Assembly (NCBI GenBank): GCA_039030315.1
Contig: JBCCEL010000002.1
Span: 1-49,111, forward strand
Source: Pseudomonadota bacterium
Lineage (GTDB): Bacteria > Pseudomonadota > Alphaproteobacteria > Rhizobiales > CAJQND01
DNA: 49,111 nucleotides
Direction of reading: 5' to 3'
Below, piece by piece: positions 17,857 through 27,821 of the stretch (the first letter of the stretch is position 1; the number at the start of each line of letters is the position of its first letter). The notes under the pieces are model-generated. The model saw only the letters and a program-made list of their open reading frames with translations. It searched no databases and was not told the origin of the DNA. A program made the translations under genes and the position numbers.

Positions 17857-20273
17857 TGAAATTCACACTCTCCTGGCTCAAGGATTATCTGAAGACCGAA
17901 GCCTCGCTCGACGAAATCACGGCCGCACTGAACGATGTCGGCCTTGAGGTCGAGGGCGTCGATAACCTGTCGGAGACGCTCGGCGCATTCTCCGTCGCCT
18001 ATGTGAAGGAAGCCCGCCAGCATCCTGACGCGGACCGCCTTCGCGTTTGCGATGTCGAAACAAGGGACGGGATGGTTCAGGTCGTCTGCGGCGCCCCGAA
18101 TGCGCAAACCGGCATGACCGGCATCTTTGCGCCTCCCGGAACCCATATCCCCGGAACCGGCGTTGATTTGCAGGTGGGCGTTATCCGCGGTGTTGAATCC
18201 GCAGGCATGCTGTGCTCGGAACGCGAAATGATGCTGTCGGACGAGCATGACGGCATCATCGATCTGGAGGGCGACTGGGCCGTCGGCACCCCGGCGGTGG
18301 AGGCCCTCGGCCTGGATGATCCAGTCATCGACATCGCGATCACGCCAAACCGGCCGGATGCACTCGGCGTCTACGGCGTCGCACGCGATCTCGCGGCCCG
18401 CGGCCTGGGAAAACTGAAGCCACTCGAAGTGGAGAAGATCCCGGGCACGTTCCCGTCACCCATTGATGTCAAGCTCACCTTTGATGAGGGCACAGAAGAC
18501 GCCTGCCCGCTGTTCTGCGGCCGCTACATTCGGGGCGTGAAGAACGGCCCGTCTCCGGAATGGCTGCAGCGGCGGCTGACGGCAATCGGCCTGCGTCCGA
18601 TTTCGGCGCTGGTCGATATCACCAACTACCTGACCTATGCCCATGCTCGGCCGGTGCACGTTTTCGACGCTGACACCGTGAAGGGCAATATCCTGCCGCG
18701 TCTTGCGAGGGACGGAGAGAAGATCCTGGCTCTTGACGGCAAGGAATACGAACTCGACAGCACCATGTGCGTGATCGCCGATGAAGAGCGGGCGGAAGCC
18801 ATCGGCGGCATCATGGGCGGAGAGGAGTCCGGCTGCACGCTGGATACAAGGAACGTGTTCGTCGAAGTGGCCTATTTCGACCCGATCCGCACTGCAACGA
18901 CCGGCCGGAAGCTGGGCATCAATTCCGACGCGCGCTACCGCTTCGAACGCGGTGTCGACCCGGCTTTTGCTCCGGACGGGGCGGAGCTCGCCACGAAGAT
19001 GATTCTCGACTTCTGCGGCGGCGAGCCCTCAGAACCGGTCATGGCCGGCACCATCCCCGAAACTGCGCGTTCCTTCACGCTGCGCAAGAGCCGGGTGGAA
19101 ACGCTGGGCGGCGTTGCGGTCGCCTTGTCAGACCAGAAACGCATCCTGGAAGATCTTGGTTTTGATGTGAGAGAAGCCGAGGCCGGGTTGGAGTGTGGCG
19201 TGCCGCCATGGCGGCCCGATGTTCACGGAGAAGCAGACCTCGTTGAGGAGGTTACGCGCATCGTGGGCCTCGACAATGTGCCGAACGCCCCCATGAGCCG
19301 GCCAAATGCTGTTGCAAGACCCGTTCTCACCTTGCTCCAGCGGCGCACCAGTGCCGCACGGCGCATACTCGCCTCGCGCGGATTGAACGAAGCGGTGACC
19401 TGGTCATTCCTGCCGGAAGACCAGGCGAAGCTCTTCGGCGGCGGCCAGGACGCAGTCAAGTTGGCCAATCCGATTTCAACCGAGCTGTCGGACATGCGGC
19501 CATCTTTGCTGCCCAATCTCATTGCAGCGGTTGGCCGCAATATTGACCGCGGCTTCGCTGACGTCGCACTGTTCGAGGTCGGACAAGCCTACGCCGGTGA
19601 CCGGCCCGAGGACGAAACCGTCCGCATCGCCGGAGTTCGCAGGGGCACCACGAGCCCGCGCCACTGGGATGGCAGTGGCCGGCACGTCGATGCATTCGAC
19701 GCCAAGGCCGACGCGCTTGCCGCTCTCGAAGCCGCCGGCGCCCAGGTTCGCAGCCTGCAGGTTGTGAGCGGTGCGCCTGACTGGTTCCACCCCGGCCGAT
19801 CCGGCACCTGCCAGCTCGGCCCGAAGAACCAGATGGCACACTTTGGAGAGATCCACCCACGGGTGCTCAGCCAGATGGACGTCAAGGGCCCGCTTGTCGG
19901 TTTCGAGATCGTTCTCAACCTCATCCCTGAACCCCGCTCCAGAGGCGGTGCGGCCCGCGCTGCGCTTGATGCATCGGATCTCCAGGCTGTCACACGCGAC
20001 TTTGCCTTCGTGGTCGATGATGCAGTGGAAGCAGACAAGGTTATCCGCGCTGCCAAGGGTGCCGAGAAGCAGCTCATCACCGCTGTGTCGGTCTTCGATC
20101 TGTTTGCGGGCGAAGCAGCGAAATCGGCACTCGGCGAGGGCAAGAAATCCCTGGCAATCGAAGTGACGCTGCAGCCACGCGACAGGACGATGACCGACGA
20201 GGAAATCGATACCGTCGCGGCCAAGGTCGTCGCGAATGTGGAGAAAGCCACCGGCGGCTCGCTCAGAGGCTAA
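17856..20273 (+). CDS. pheT: phenylalanine--tRNA ligase beta subunit
   Basis: 805 aa. The ATG shares one nucleotide with the pheS TGA (TGATG). Contains tRNA-binding, B3/4, B5 and FDX-ACB-type regions. Confidence 0.95.
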   Translation: MKFTLSWLKDYLKTEASLDEITAALNDVGLEVEGVDNLSETLGAFSVAYVKEARQHPDADRLRVCDVETRDGMVQVVCGAPNAQTGMTGIFAPPGTHIPGTGVDLQVGVIRGVESAGMLCSEREMMLSDEHDGIIDLEGDWAVGTPAVEALGLDDPVIDIAITPNRPDALGVYGVARDLAARGLGKLKPLEVEKIPGTFPSPIDVKLTFDEGTEDACPLFCGRYIRGVKNGPSPEWLQRRLTAIGLRPISALVDITNYLTYAHARPVHVFDADTVKGNILPRLARDGEKILALDGKEYELDSTMCVIADEERAEAIGGIMGGEESGCTLDTRNVFVEVAYFDPIRTATTGRKLGINSDARYRFERGVDPAFAPDGAELATKMILDFCGGEPSEPVMAGTIPETARSFTLRKSRVETLGGVAVALSDQKRILEDLGFDVREAEAGLECGVPPWRPDVHGEADLVEEVTRIVGLDNVPNAPMSRPNAVARPVLTLLQRRTSAARRILASRGLNEAVTWSFLPEDQAKLFGGGQDAVKLANPISTELSDMRPSLLPNLIAAVGRNIDRGFADVALFEVGQAYAGDRPEDETVRIAGVRRGTTSPRHWDGSGRHVDAFDAKADALAALEAAGAQVRSLQVVSGAPDWFHPGRSGTCQLGPKNQMAHFGEIHPRVLSQMDVKGPLVGFEIVLNLIPEPRSRGGAARAALDASDLQAVTRDFAFVVDDAVEADKVIRAAKGAEKQLITAVSVFDLFAGEAAKSALGEGKKSLAIEVTLQPRDRTMTDEEIDTVAAKVVANVEKATGGSLRG

Positions 20274-20462
20274 CGCCAGTCGCCGCTCTCCGGCTCAAGC
20301 GGCTGTCCGTCCAGCACCGCCAGCATCCGCAAGAGTGCGGTCTGCGCCCCGGGTTCGGGCGACCGACATGATCTCGGATTTGTGATCATGTGGAACGGCA
20401 TTGCACGTTTTATGCTGTTGTCCTCCACATTCTGATCAAATCGAGTTTGGAACCTCTCCTGC

Positions 20463-21218
20463 ATGTTCACAGCAACCAGAACAGTACTGCGGATCATGCT
20501 GTGGTCGATTCTCCTGCTGATCGCGCTGCCCTTGTCTGCCGGCGCCCTTTGGTTCGGTTCCAAGGAAGGACCAAGGAGTTGGCATGAGGCGGAGTGGCAC
20601 TCCACCGGCACCGCACCGGATCCGGCCTTCACGCCGGAAGCCATGGTCCGCGTCTATTATGCGGAAACTGGCCGATGGAAGTCGATCTTCGCGGTGCACA
20701 GCTGGATTGCCTTCAAGCCCAAGGATGCAGAAAGCTGGACCCGGTACGAGGTCGTTGGCTGGGGACGCCCACTGCGCCGCAACAATTATCCGGTCGACGG
20801 GCTCTGGTACTCCAATCCACCGCAGATTGCTTTCGAACTGCGGGGCAGCAAGGCAACAGCCGCCATTGCCAAGATCCTCCGCGCCGTCAGGAGCTATCCG
20901 CACACGACATATGGCAGCTACGGCATCTGGCCGGGGCCGAACTCGAACACCTTCGTTGCCCATATCGTCCGCCAGGTGCCCGAGCTGAGGGTGGAGCTTC
21001 CGGCCAAGGCTGTCGGCAAGGACTATCTCGGACCCGGCCTGCGAATTGCAGCAACGCCCAGTAACACGGGCTGGCAGATCGGCTGGAGCGGCTATGTCGG
21101 CCTCGCGCTTGGCCTGGAGGAGGGCCTGGAACTGCACATTCTCGGCAGCACAATCGGCGTTGATCCCCTGGATGTCGCAATCAAGCTGCCATCCTTCGGG
21201 CGCATCGGCCTGCTGTGA
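20463..21218 (+). CDS. DUF3750-like membrane-anchored protein
   Basis: 251 aa with an N-terminal TM/signal segment LWSILLLIALPLSAGALW. Family assignment is from memory of DUF3750 proteins (W..YEVVGWG). Confidence 0.6.
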   Translation: MFTATRTVLRIMLWSILLLIALPLSAGALWFGSKEGPRSWHEAEWHSTGTAPDPAFTPEAMVRVYYAETGRWKSIFAVHSWIAFKPKDAESWTRYEVVGWGRPLRRNNYPVDGLWYSNPPQIAFELRGSKATAAIAKILRAVRSYPHTTYGSYGIWPGPNSNTFVAHIVRQVPELRVELPAKAVGKDYLGPGLRIAATPSNTGWQIGWSGYVGLALGLEEGLELHILGSTIGVDPLDVAIKLPSFGRIGLL

Positions 21219-21227
21219 GCAAAAAAC

Positions 21228-22469
21228 TTAGGTGACGGCCGCCTTGACCGCAAATTCCGGTGCCTTCCAGGCACCGGTCTCCATGATATCCCGCAGAATC
21301 GCGACCGCATTCCAGACATCCTCGTAACCAATATAGAGCGGTGCAAAACCGAAGCGCAGAATGTCGGGCATCCGGAAATCGCCGATAACACCGCGGGCAA
21401 TGAGCGCCTGTATGATGGCATAGCCGTCGGGATGGGTGAGAGCGACCTGGCTGCCGCGGATGGCAGCATCTCGCGGACTGAACAGCCCGAAGCCGTGCGC
21501 ACCGCACTCCGCTTCGACGAGTTCGATGAACGTCCCGGTCAGCCCTATGCTCTTCGCGCGGACCAGCGCCATGTCCACATCCGCGAAGACATCGAGTGCC
21601 GCGCTCAGCGCGCGCATCCCGAGGATCGCCTGCGAGCCGCAAAGAAACGCCTTGATCCCCGGTTCTGCGCGGTAGGACTGTTCGAACTCGAACGGTGCGG
21701 CATGTCCCCACCATCCCGAAAGCGGCTGCCGGATCTCGCCATGCAGGCGCTTCGGAGCATAGATCCAGGACTGGGCGCCGGGACCACCGTTCAGATACTT
21801 GTAGGTGCAGCCCACAGCCAGATCGACATTGCACTCATCCAGACTCATCGGAACCACGCCGGCGCTGTGACACAGATCCCAGATGACGATCGCGCCGGCG
21901 GCCTGAGCTCGTTCAGTGATCGCTTTCATGTCGAGCAGTTCCCCGCTGCGATAGTCGACATGGGAAAGCAGGAGCACGGCCACATCCGCATCAAGATGCC
22001 GGTCGATATCTGCGGGGTTCGCAATAAGCCGGCGCTCAACGCGGCGCTCGGACTGCATGACGCCCTCGGTGATGTAGAGGTCGGTGGGAAACCCGCCTGC
22101 CTCCGTCACAAGAACGTTGCGGTCCGGCCGCATCTGCAATCCTGCCTGAACGGCCTTGTAGATGTTCACCGACGTTGAGTCGCTGACCACAATCTGGCCG
22201 GGCGCAGCTCCGACCAGAGGGGCAATCTTCTCGCCGAGCGTCACCGGAAGGCTCCACCACCCGGCATCGTTCCAGCTCGATATCAGCCCCTGGCCCCATT
22301 CCTGTTCCACGGCCTGTGCCATTTCGCCGGGAACCGATGCGGCCATTGGACCGAGCGAATTGCCATCCAGATAGATCACCCCGTCTGGCAGGACATAGCG
22401 GTCGCGGAAACCGGCAAGCGGGTCGGCAGCGTCCAGCGCACGGGCTTCATCTCGCGATTCCATGCTCAT
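21228..22469 (-). CDS. kynU: kynureninase
   Basis: 413 aa. Begins ...FRDRYVLPDGVIYLDGNSLGP, with a PLP-lysine region CTYKYLNGGPG. Confidence 0.9.
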   Translation of the reverse strand: MSMESRDEARALDAADPLAGFRDRYVLPDGVIYLDGNSLGPMAASVPGEMAQAVEQEWGQGLISSWNDAGWWSLPVTLGEKIAPLVGAAPGQIVVSDSTSVNIYKAVQAGLQMRPDRNVLVTEAGGFPTDLYITEGVMQSERRVERRLIANPADIDRHLDADVAVLLLSHVDYRSGELLDMKAITERAQAAGAIVIWDLCHSAGVVPMSLDECNVDLAVGCTYKYLNGGPGAQSWIYAPKRLHGEIRQPLSGWWGHAAPFEFEQSYRAEPGIKAFLCGSQAILGMRALSAALDVFADVDMALVRAKSIGLTGTFIELVEAECGAHGFGLFSPRDAAIRGSQVALTHPDGYAIIQALIARGVIGDFRMPDILRFGFAPLYIGYEDVWNAVAILRDIMETGAWKAPEFAVKAAVT

Positions 22470-22558
22470 CAGGGCGTCCTTTCGATCTGCAACACACCGG
22501 GCATTTCAACCGGTCCGGTTGAGCCTTTCTTTACCAGGCGCAGCTAGGCTCCGGCACC

Positions 22559-23536
22559 ATGTTAGAGTACCTCGCACAGTGTGTAATCATCGCGTTCAAG
22601 CCGGTCTACAACCTGCTGGCCGATGGCAGCTCCCGCTATTACTGGGTCTACATCATCTTCGGTCTGGCGATCTCCTGGCTGGCCTATGGCAGCAATGGCC
22701 GTCACAGAGAGTTCTTTGCCCGCCTGTTCGACAAGAACGTGTGGTGGTCGGTTTCGGCGCAGAACGACTACCGGATGATCATGATCAATCCGGTGCTCAA
22801 GTTTTCAGTGCTGTCCTGGGCGACCGTGAACTTCGACACGATCTCGAGTTTTACCTCAGGCACACTTCATAGCGCCGGCGTGACCGGCGCCGCCGGGACC
22901 GAGTGGGCCTGGGCTTGGGGCGCGGCACTCACGTTCACGCTGTTCCTGGTCAATGATTTCATGCGCTGGTGGCTGCACTATCTGGCGCACAAGATTCCCC
23001 TGCTGTGGGAGTTTCACAAGGTCCATCACTCAGCCGAGGTTCTGAACTTCACGACCTCGGAACGGTTCCATCCTGTGGATGCACTAACGTTCGGAGCTGT
23101 CTCGACAACAGCGGTCGCCATAGTCAATGGCGGCTTCATTGCTTTTGCCGGTGACCACCTGACCGTCAGCACCATTGCAGGCGCAAATGCTGTCTGGGCG
23201 ACAACGAACTATATCGGCGGCGTGCTCCGGCACAGCCAGTTCTGGATCTCGTTCGGGCCGCGGATTGAGCGCTGGCTGATTTCTCCAGCCATGCATCACA
23301 TTCATCATTCAGGCGATCCGAAGCACTTCGACAAGAACATGGGCGGGGCCCTCGCCATCTGGGACCGTATGTTCGGCACCATTTATTACGCAAACGAAAC
23401 GGTCAAGGAGTTCGGCATCGGCGAGGAGACCAAGGAGTTCCGCTCGCTCTCTGCGCTCTATTTCCGTCCATTCGTGTCTGCCTACAGACGCTTTGTTCCC
23501 GAAACCGAGCAGACAGATCCCGCCAAAGCTGCTTAA
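22559..23536 (+). CDS. fatty acid hydroxylase / sterol desaturase superfamily di-iron membrane enzyme
   Basis: Histidine boxes HYLAH, HKVHH and HHIHH, with N-terminal hydrophobic helices. Confidence 0.75.
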   Translation: MLEYLAQCVIIAFKPVYNLLADGSSRYYWVYIIFGLAISWLAYGSNGRHREFFARLFDKNVWWSVSAQNDYRMIMINPVLKFSVLSWATVNFDTISSFTSGTLHSAGVTGAAGTEWAWAWGAALTFTLFLVNDFMRWWLHYLAHKIPLLWEFHKVHHSAEVLNFTTSERFHPVDALTFGAVSTTAVAIVNGGFIAFAGDHLTVSTIAGANAVWATTNYIGGVLRHSQFWISFGPRIERWLISPAMHHIHHSGDPKHFDKNMGGALAIWDRMFGTIYYANETVKEFGIGEETKEFRSLSALYFRPFVSAYRRFVPETEQTDPAKAA

Positions 23537-23578
23537 GTCCAGAAACCGTCTCGATACAGGGGCTGGAGGACACGCAGC

Positions 23579-24661
23579 ATGGATCACACGGCACTGAAGC
23601 AGGATATCACCAACACGTTCGGCTCCCCTGTAGCCGTCATTGACCTCGACAAGGTGGATGCGAACATCGCACGCCTGCAGACCCTGTGCGATCAGGCCGG
23701 CGTTCAGAACCGGCCGCACATCAAGACACACAAGATCCCGTCACTCGCCAAGAAACAGATCGCAGCCGGCGCCAGCGGCATCACCTGCCAGAAGCTCGGC
23801 GAGGCGGAAATCATGGCCGCCGACGGGCTCGACAACATCCTCATCAGCTACAATCTGCTGGGCGCAGAGAAGATGGGCCGGCTGGGCACGCTCGCCCGCG
23901 ACATCGACATCACCGTCACTGCAGACAACCCGGTGGTCGTGGCAGGACTGCCGGAAGCAGCACGCATTGCCGGACGGCCCGTCAATGTCGCGGTGGAATG
24001 CGATACCGGCATGAAGCGGGCCGGGGTCGAAACGGCAGCCGAAGCCATCACGCTGGCTCGCGACATAGCCGCCCGGCCCGAGCTCAACTTCCGCGGCTTC
24101 ATGTTCTATCCGACCACCGAGGCCTGGCCGCAAACACAGGCCTTCTTCGATGAGGCAAGCGCAGGGCTGGCCGAGAGCGGCCTCGAGGCAGAGATTGTAT
24201 CGACCGGCGGTACGCCCAATCTCACCAACCTCGGCAGGCTTGACGGCGCCACGGAACACCGCTCCGGCACCAGCATCTTCAACGACCGGATGATGATGGC
24301 CTGCGGAGCCGCAACACTTGATGACTGCGCACTGGAGATCTACGCCACTGTTGTCAGCCGCGCAGGCCCGGAGCGGGGCATCCTCGATTCCGGCTCCAAG
24401 ACGTTGACGTCGGACACCGGAGGCCTCGACGGCTTCGGCTATATCCGGGAGTACCCGGACGCCCGGATCAAGGGCTTCTCGGAGGAACACGGGTTCCTGG
24501 ATCTGTCCGCCTGCGAGGCGAAACCCGAGGTCGGGGAGATTGTCCGCGTGATCCCCAACCACGTCTGTGTTGTGGTCAATATGGTGGACCGTCTGATCGG
24601 GGTGAGAGACGGAAAGATTGTCGAAGAACTGCCTGTAGTGGCCCGCGGGAAGATTTCCTGA
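23579..24661 (+). CDS. D-TA family (alanine racemase N-terminal-like, fold-type III) PLP-dependent enzyme
   Basis: 360 aa. HIKTHK PLP-lysine motif and a C-terminal D-serine-dehydratase-like region (IPNHVCVVVN). GGAGGA SD. Confidence 0.8.
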   Translation: MDHTALKQDITNTFGSPVAVIDLDKVDANIARLQTLCDQAGVQNRPHIKTHKIPSLAKKQIAAGASGITCQKLGEAEIMAADGLDNILISYNLLGAEKMGRLGTLARDIDITVTADNPVVVAGLPEAARIAGRPVNVAVECDTGMKRAGVETAAEAITLARDIAARPELNFRGFMFYPTTEAWPQTQAFFDEASAGLAESGLEAEIVSTGGTPNLTNLGRLDGATEHRSGTSIFNDRMMMACGAATLDDCALEIYATVVSRAGPERGILDSGSKTLTSDTGGLDGFGYIREYPDARIKGFSEEHGFLDLSACEAKPEVGEIVRVIPNHVCVVVNMVDRLIGVRDGKIVEELPVVARGKIS

Positions 24662-25355
24662 GCATCTCGCCGCGCCAGCTGATCGGTACGGCCAGTTCCC
24701 GCTTCAGCTTCTTCTGCATGGCGCGCCCGAAGTCGCCGTAGTTCCGGGCGCTGATCACGAAGGCACCCGGACCGGCAATCAGCTCGCGCCGGAAGTAATC
24801 ATCGAGGCTTTCGATATCGGTCCGCACGGCAAGGCCGTTGATGGAGATCCCGAGTTCTTCAGCCACCGACCGGACGGAGATCGGCCGCGGTCCGGCGTTG
24901 TTGATACCGTCCCCCGAAACATCGATCTTGAGAAGACGGCCGGCAAACCGATTTTCGAGCAGCGATTTTATGGATGCCGTAACGGCCGTGCCGATCGCGG
25001 TGAAGTAGCCGACATTTTCCCGCTTCGTCCGCTGGACTTCGTCTGCAAAGGCAAGGATCGATGCTTCCGACTTCAGGAGACGCCAGGGGACGGTGTTCTT
25101 TTCGCTGGTCCACCCGCCCCACTGGATCAGGGTGACCGCGACACCATCATAGAGCCCGATGAGATTGACGATCTCCGCAGAGCGGAAGGCATTGGCAATG
25201 CCGCGCATCTGCAGGTCGAACTCCTCGTTGTTGACGCTGAGGGAGGTGTCGACCGCAAGGACAAGCTCGATGGAAACCGGCGTCTGTGCATTGGACGCAG
25301 GCGCCATGTTCGTGAGACAACACAGGATCGCCAGTATTCGGATGACGGCTCTCAT
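24576..25355 (-). CDS. DUF1194 (vWA-fold) exported protein
   Basis: Signal peptide MRAVIRILAILCCLTNMAPASNA. MIDAS-like LAVDTSLSV and DVSGDGINN. The C-terminal ~40 aa overlap the convergent gene by 86 nt. Confidence 0.7.
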   Translation of the reverse strand: MRAVIRILAILCCLTNMAPASNAQTPVSIELVLAVDTSLSVNNEEFDLQMRGIANAFRSAEIVNLIGLYDGVAVTLIQWGGWTSEKNTVPWRLLKSEASILAFADEVQRTKRENVGYFTAIGTAVTASIKSLLENRFAGRLLKIDVSGDGINNAGPRPISVRSVAEELGISINGLAVRTDIESLDDYFRRELIAGPGAFVISARNYGDFGRAMQKKLKRELAVPISWRGEMLRKSSRGPLQAVLRQSFRLSPRSDGPPY

Positions 25356-25387
25356 ATAACGCCGACCATATCAGGAGGACGGTTCGA

Positions 25388-26512
25388 ATGAACATGAGAT
25401 TTGGCGCGCTGATTGCGGCGCTTGTGATCTTCGGAGCAGCCATTGCCCCGCCCGCGCTGGCGAAGGATGACTGCCGACAGCCAGCCCAAATCTGTGAGAC
25501 TCGATCCGCCGTGTTCAGGATCTCGGCATTCGATCCGGTCGGCAGTGCCGTGCGCATCGGTCCTGATCTTCTGGTGACCTCACGTCATGTGGTCGCGCAT
25601 CAGGAGATGGTCGATCTCTTTCTCAGGGATGGCAGCAAGCTGTCGGCGAAAGTGCTGCCGACGGCATATGAGGGCGACATCATCCTTCTCCAGACAGACG
25701 GGCTGGGCGAAGGGGCACAGCTCAAGTTCGGAAAGGTCGCCAAGGGCGGAAATGTCTACACGGTGGGCGCCGATGTCTCCCGCCGGCGGATCCGGGCCTA
25801 CCGGCCGGGCAAGGTCCGCTTCCTGCCCGCCGAAGGCAAGCCGCTCGCACGCATACATCATTCGGCCTACACCCAGCAGGGCAACAGCGGCGGTGCTCTC
25901 TTGAACGAGGACGGCGAGCTGGTCGGCATCGCTGCCTCGGGCGGCGAGGGCCGTTTTGAAGCGGTGCCCGCATCTGCGGTCAGGCTGCTCATTGCCGAAC
26001 GCGACGAGGCGGACAGATCAGCCAGCCTGGAGATCGGAACGGCAGTCCGGATCTGCACACTCAATCTGGAACGGCATTACGGCTCCCGCAGAGCACTGAA
26101 CGATCAGGAGGCCACAGCGCTGGCCACGTCCTGCCGCCGGACGGGGAACCGGCAGTACTTCGATCTGGCCGGACAGATCCTCAGCCAGCGCCGGCGGCTG
26201 GAGCCCGCGATGGAGCTCTTCATGGCCTCGGTCGATCAGGACCCCAATGCCATCAACAGCCGGCTCAACCTCGTCATCACTCATCACATCGCGCGCCGCT
26301 ACGAGGAGGAACTGCCGCATCTGCGCTGGCTGATGGAGCACGCGGGCAATGATCTCCAGGTCCTGCGCTTTGCCATTCAGGCAGGTGTCTGGACGGACAA
26401 CATGGAGCTGGCAAAAGAAGCGCTGACAAGAATGAAGGCCATCAATCCGAACGCTGCGCCTGCGGCAGAGCGGTTCATGAACTCACCGCCGCCCCGCCCA
26501 CCAGCCAACTGA
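25388..26512 (+). CDS. exported trypsin-like (S1) serine protease fused to a TPR-like helical domain
   Basis: Signal peptide ...APPALA-KDD. Catalytic candidates are H in TSRHVV, D in GDIILLQ and S in GNSGGAL. C-terminal helical-repeat region of about 170 aa. AGGAGG SD 9 nt upstream. Confidence 0.75.
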   Translation: MNMRFGALIAALVIFGAAIAPPALAKDDCRQPAQICETRSAVFRISAFDPVGSAVRIGPDLLVTSRHVVAHQEMVDLFLRDGSKLSAKVLPTAYEGDIILLQTDGLGEGAQLKFGKVAKGGNVYTVGADVSRRRIRAYRPGKVRFLPAEGKPLARIHHSAYTQQGNSGGALLNEDGELVGIAASGGEGRFEAVPASAVRLLIAERDEADRSASLEIGTAVRICTLNLERHYGSRRALNDQEATALATSCRRTGNRQYFDLAGQILSQRRRLEPAMELFMASVDQDPNAINSRLNLVITHHIARRYEEELPHLRWLMEHAGNDLQVLRFAIQAGVWTDNMELAKEALTRMKAINPNAAPAAERFMNSPPPRPPAN

Positions 26513-26524
26513 TCTCATCTCGCC

Positions 26525-27814
26525 CTATCCGTCGTCGGAAGGGTCGGGGATCCAGCCCCAGCGGGTCTTTGGGCCCGAGCGGTCGAAGGACGGCGCTGCG
26601 AGATTCATGATGGCCTGCTTAAGCTCCGGTGCACGCCACTCCGGATTTCGTGCCAGTAACCGGGCGGCCAGAGCCGCGATCTTCGGAACCGCATAGCTTG
26701 AGCCCGAAGCCCTGCCCTTCGCGCCGCGGTGGTCGATGACTTCGACCCGCTCGGCCGGCACCATCAGGTCGACCGATTCCCGCGCCCAGTTCGATCCCTG
26801 GGCCAGACGCCCCGAGACCGTTGCCGAGGTCACCACTAGAAGATTGGGCAAATCGGCGCTTGCGGGATAGACGGGGTCTTCATCGATGTTGCGACCGTCA
26901 TTGCCCGCCGAAACCACAAAGAGGATGTGCGGGTGCGCCGAAGCTGCATCAATGAACTTCGCCCAGACGGAGCGCTTCCGGCCGCCCAGTGGCATGGCGA
27001 CGATCCTCGCACCCGCCTCGTTGATGCGTCTAATGACAGCGGTCATTCTTGTCATGTCATTTCTGGGGTAGCGGTAAGGCGCAAGACGGACGTCCGGCGC
27101 CTCGCTCAACAGGACACTGGCAACCAATGTTCCATGATGCAGCGGGAAGAAGGGCGACCTCGACGAGTCCACGTCATAGGGCCGGTCATCTTCATCCCAG
27201 AAGTCGTGGCCTAGAATGCTGCCGTCCGGAGCCCGCGCCAGGCGGCGGGCGATGAACGGGAGCGTGTAGTTCACGCCACTGTCGATATGCGCAACGAGCA
27301 CACCGCCGGGATCGGTTCCTGGCGGCACAGGTGGATTCAGGAGCTCTCCTGTTCCGGTGAGCCCCAGATCCGGCCCCAGATCGATCAGCCTCTGCGCCCG
27401 TCCCGCCCCGTCGAACAGGATCCGCCGCCCGCCTGCAATGGCGCACGAGGCATCGGCCCGCAGACTGAGTACCGGTGCCGGGCTACGACCGGCACGCAGC
27501 GCGGAAAACTCCGCCCGGGCGCGCCGCACCCGTCCCTGGCTCACCGTCAGCTGGATGCGAAACGCGGCGCGGTTTGCAACGGTGCCCTCGATCTCGCGGG
27601 CAAGGACGGTCTGGAGGCTGCCGCGCTCGCGAACCTCAACGTCCTCACCCAGAGCGCTCTTTAAATCGGCCAACGGCAGGCCTGCAGATTTGCAGGCCGT
27701 TTCCAGCATGCGCGCCATCCTGACCTCATGATCCGAAGATGCAGGTGTGGATATGCAGAGCGCACAGAGTAGGCCCGCAGGCAGCGCAAGCATATGCCGT
27801 CGGCGGCGCTCCAT
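26525..27814 (-). CDS. S8 family (subtilisin-like) serine peptidase, exported
   Basis: Catalytic motifs HIDSGV (D), HHGTLVAS (H), SAGNDG (N) and GSSYAVP (S). N-terminus MERRRRHMLALPAGLLCALCISTPASS. Possible starts are 27832 (TTG), 27814 (ATG) and 27793 (ATG). Confidence 0.8.
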   Translation of the reverse strand: MERRRRHMLALPAGLLCALCISTPASSDHEVRMARMLETACKSAGLPLADLKSALGEDVEVRERGSLQTVLAREIEGTVANRAAFRIQLTVSQGRVRRARAEFSALRAGRSPAPVLSLRADASCAIAGGRRILFDGAGRAQRLIDLGPDLGLTGTGELLNPPVPPGTDPGGVLVAHIDSGVNYTLPFIARRLARAPDGSILGHDFWDEDDRPYDVDSSRSPFFPLHHGTLVASVLLSEAPDVRLAPYRYPRNDMTRMTAVIRRINEAGARIVAMPLGGRKRSVWAKFIDAASAHPHILFVVSAGNDGRNIDEDPVYPASADLPNLLVVTSATVSGRLAQGSNWARESVDLMVPAERVEVIDHRGAKGRASGSSYAVPKIAALAARLLARNPEWRAPELKQAIMNLAAPSFDRSGPKTRWGWIPDPSDDG

Positions 27815-27821
27815 CTCTTTT

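Noticed and set aside
20270-20464. Possible 64-aa minus-strand ORF or gene remnant between pheT and the DUF3750-like gene (MQERF...LLRMLAVLDGQPLEPESGDWR)
   Set aside because: It has no SD, and its ATG is the reverse of a CATG shared with the DUF3750-like start. I recognised no family. The high-GC stretch just after pheT could be a coding remnant, but the evidence is insufficient.
25381-25389. GGTTCGAAT, a tRNA T-loop-like motif
   Set aside because: It lies in a 32-nt intergenic spacer overlapping the protease start codon, with no acceptor or anticodon arms. I found no tRNA-sized structure in any intergenic region.
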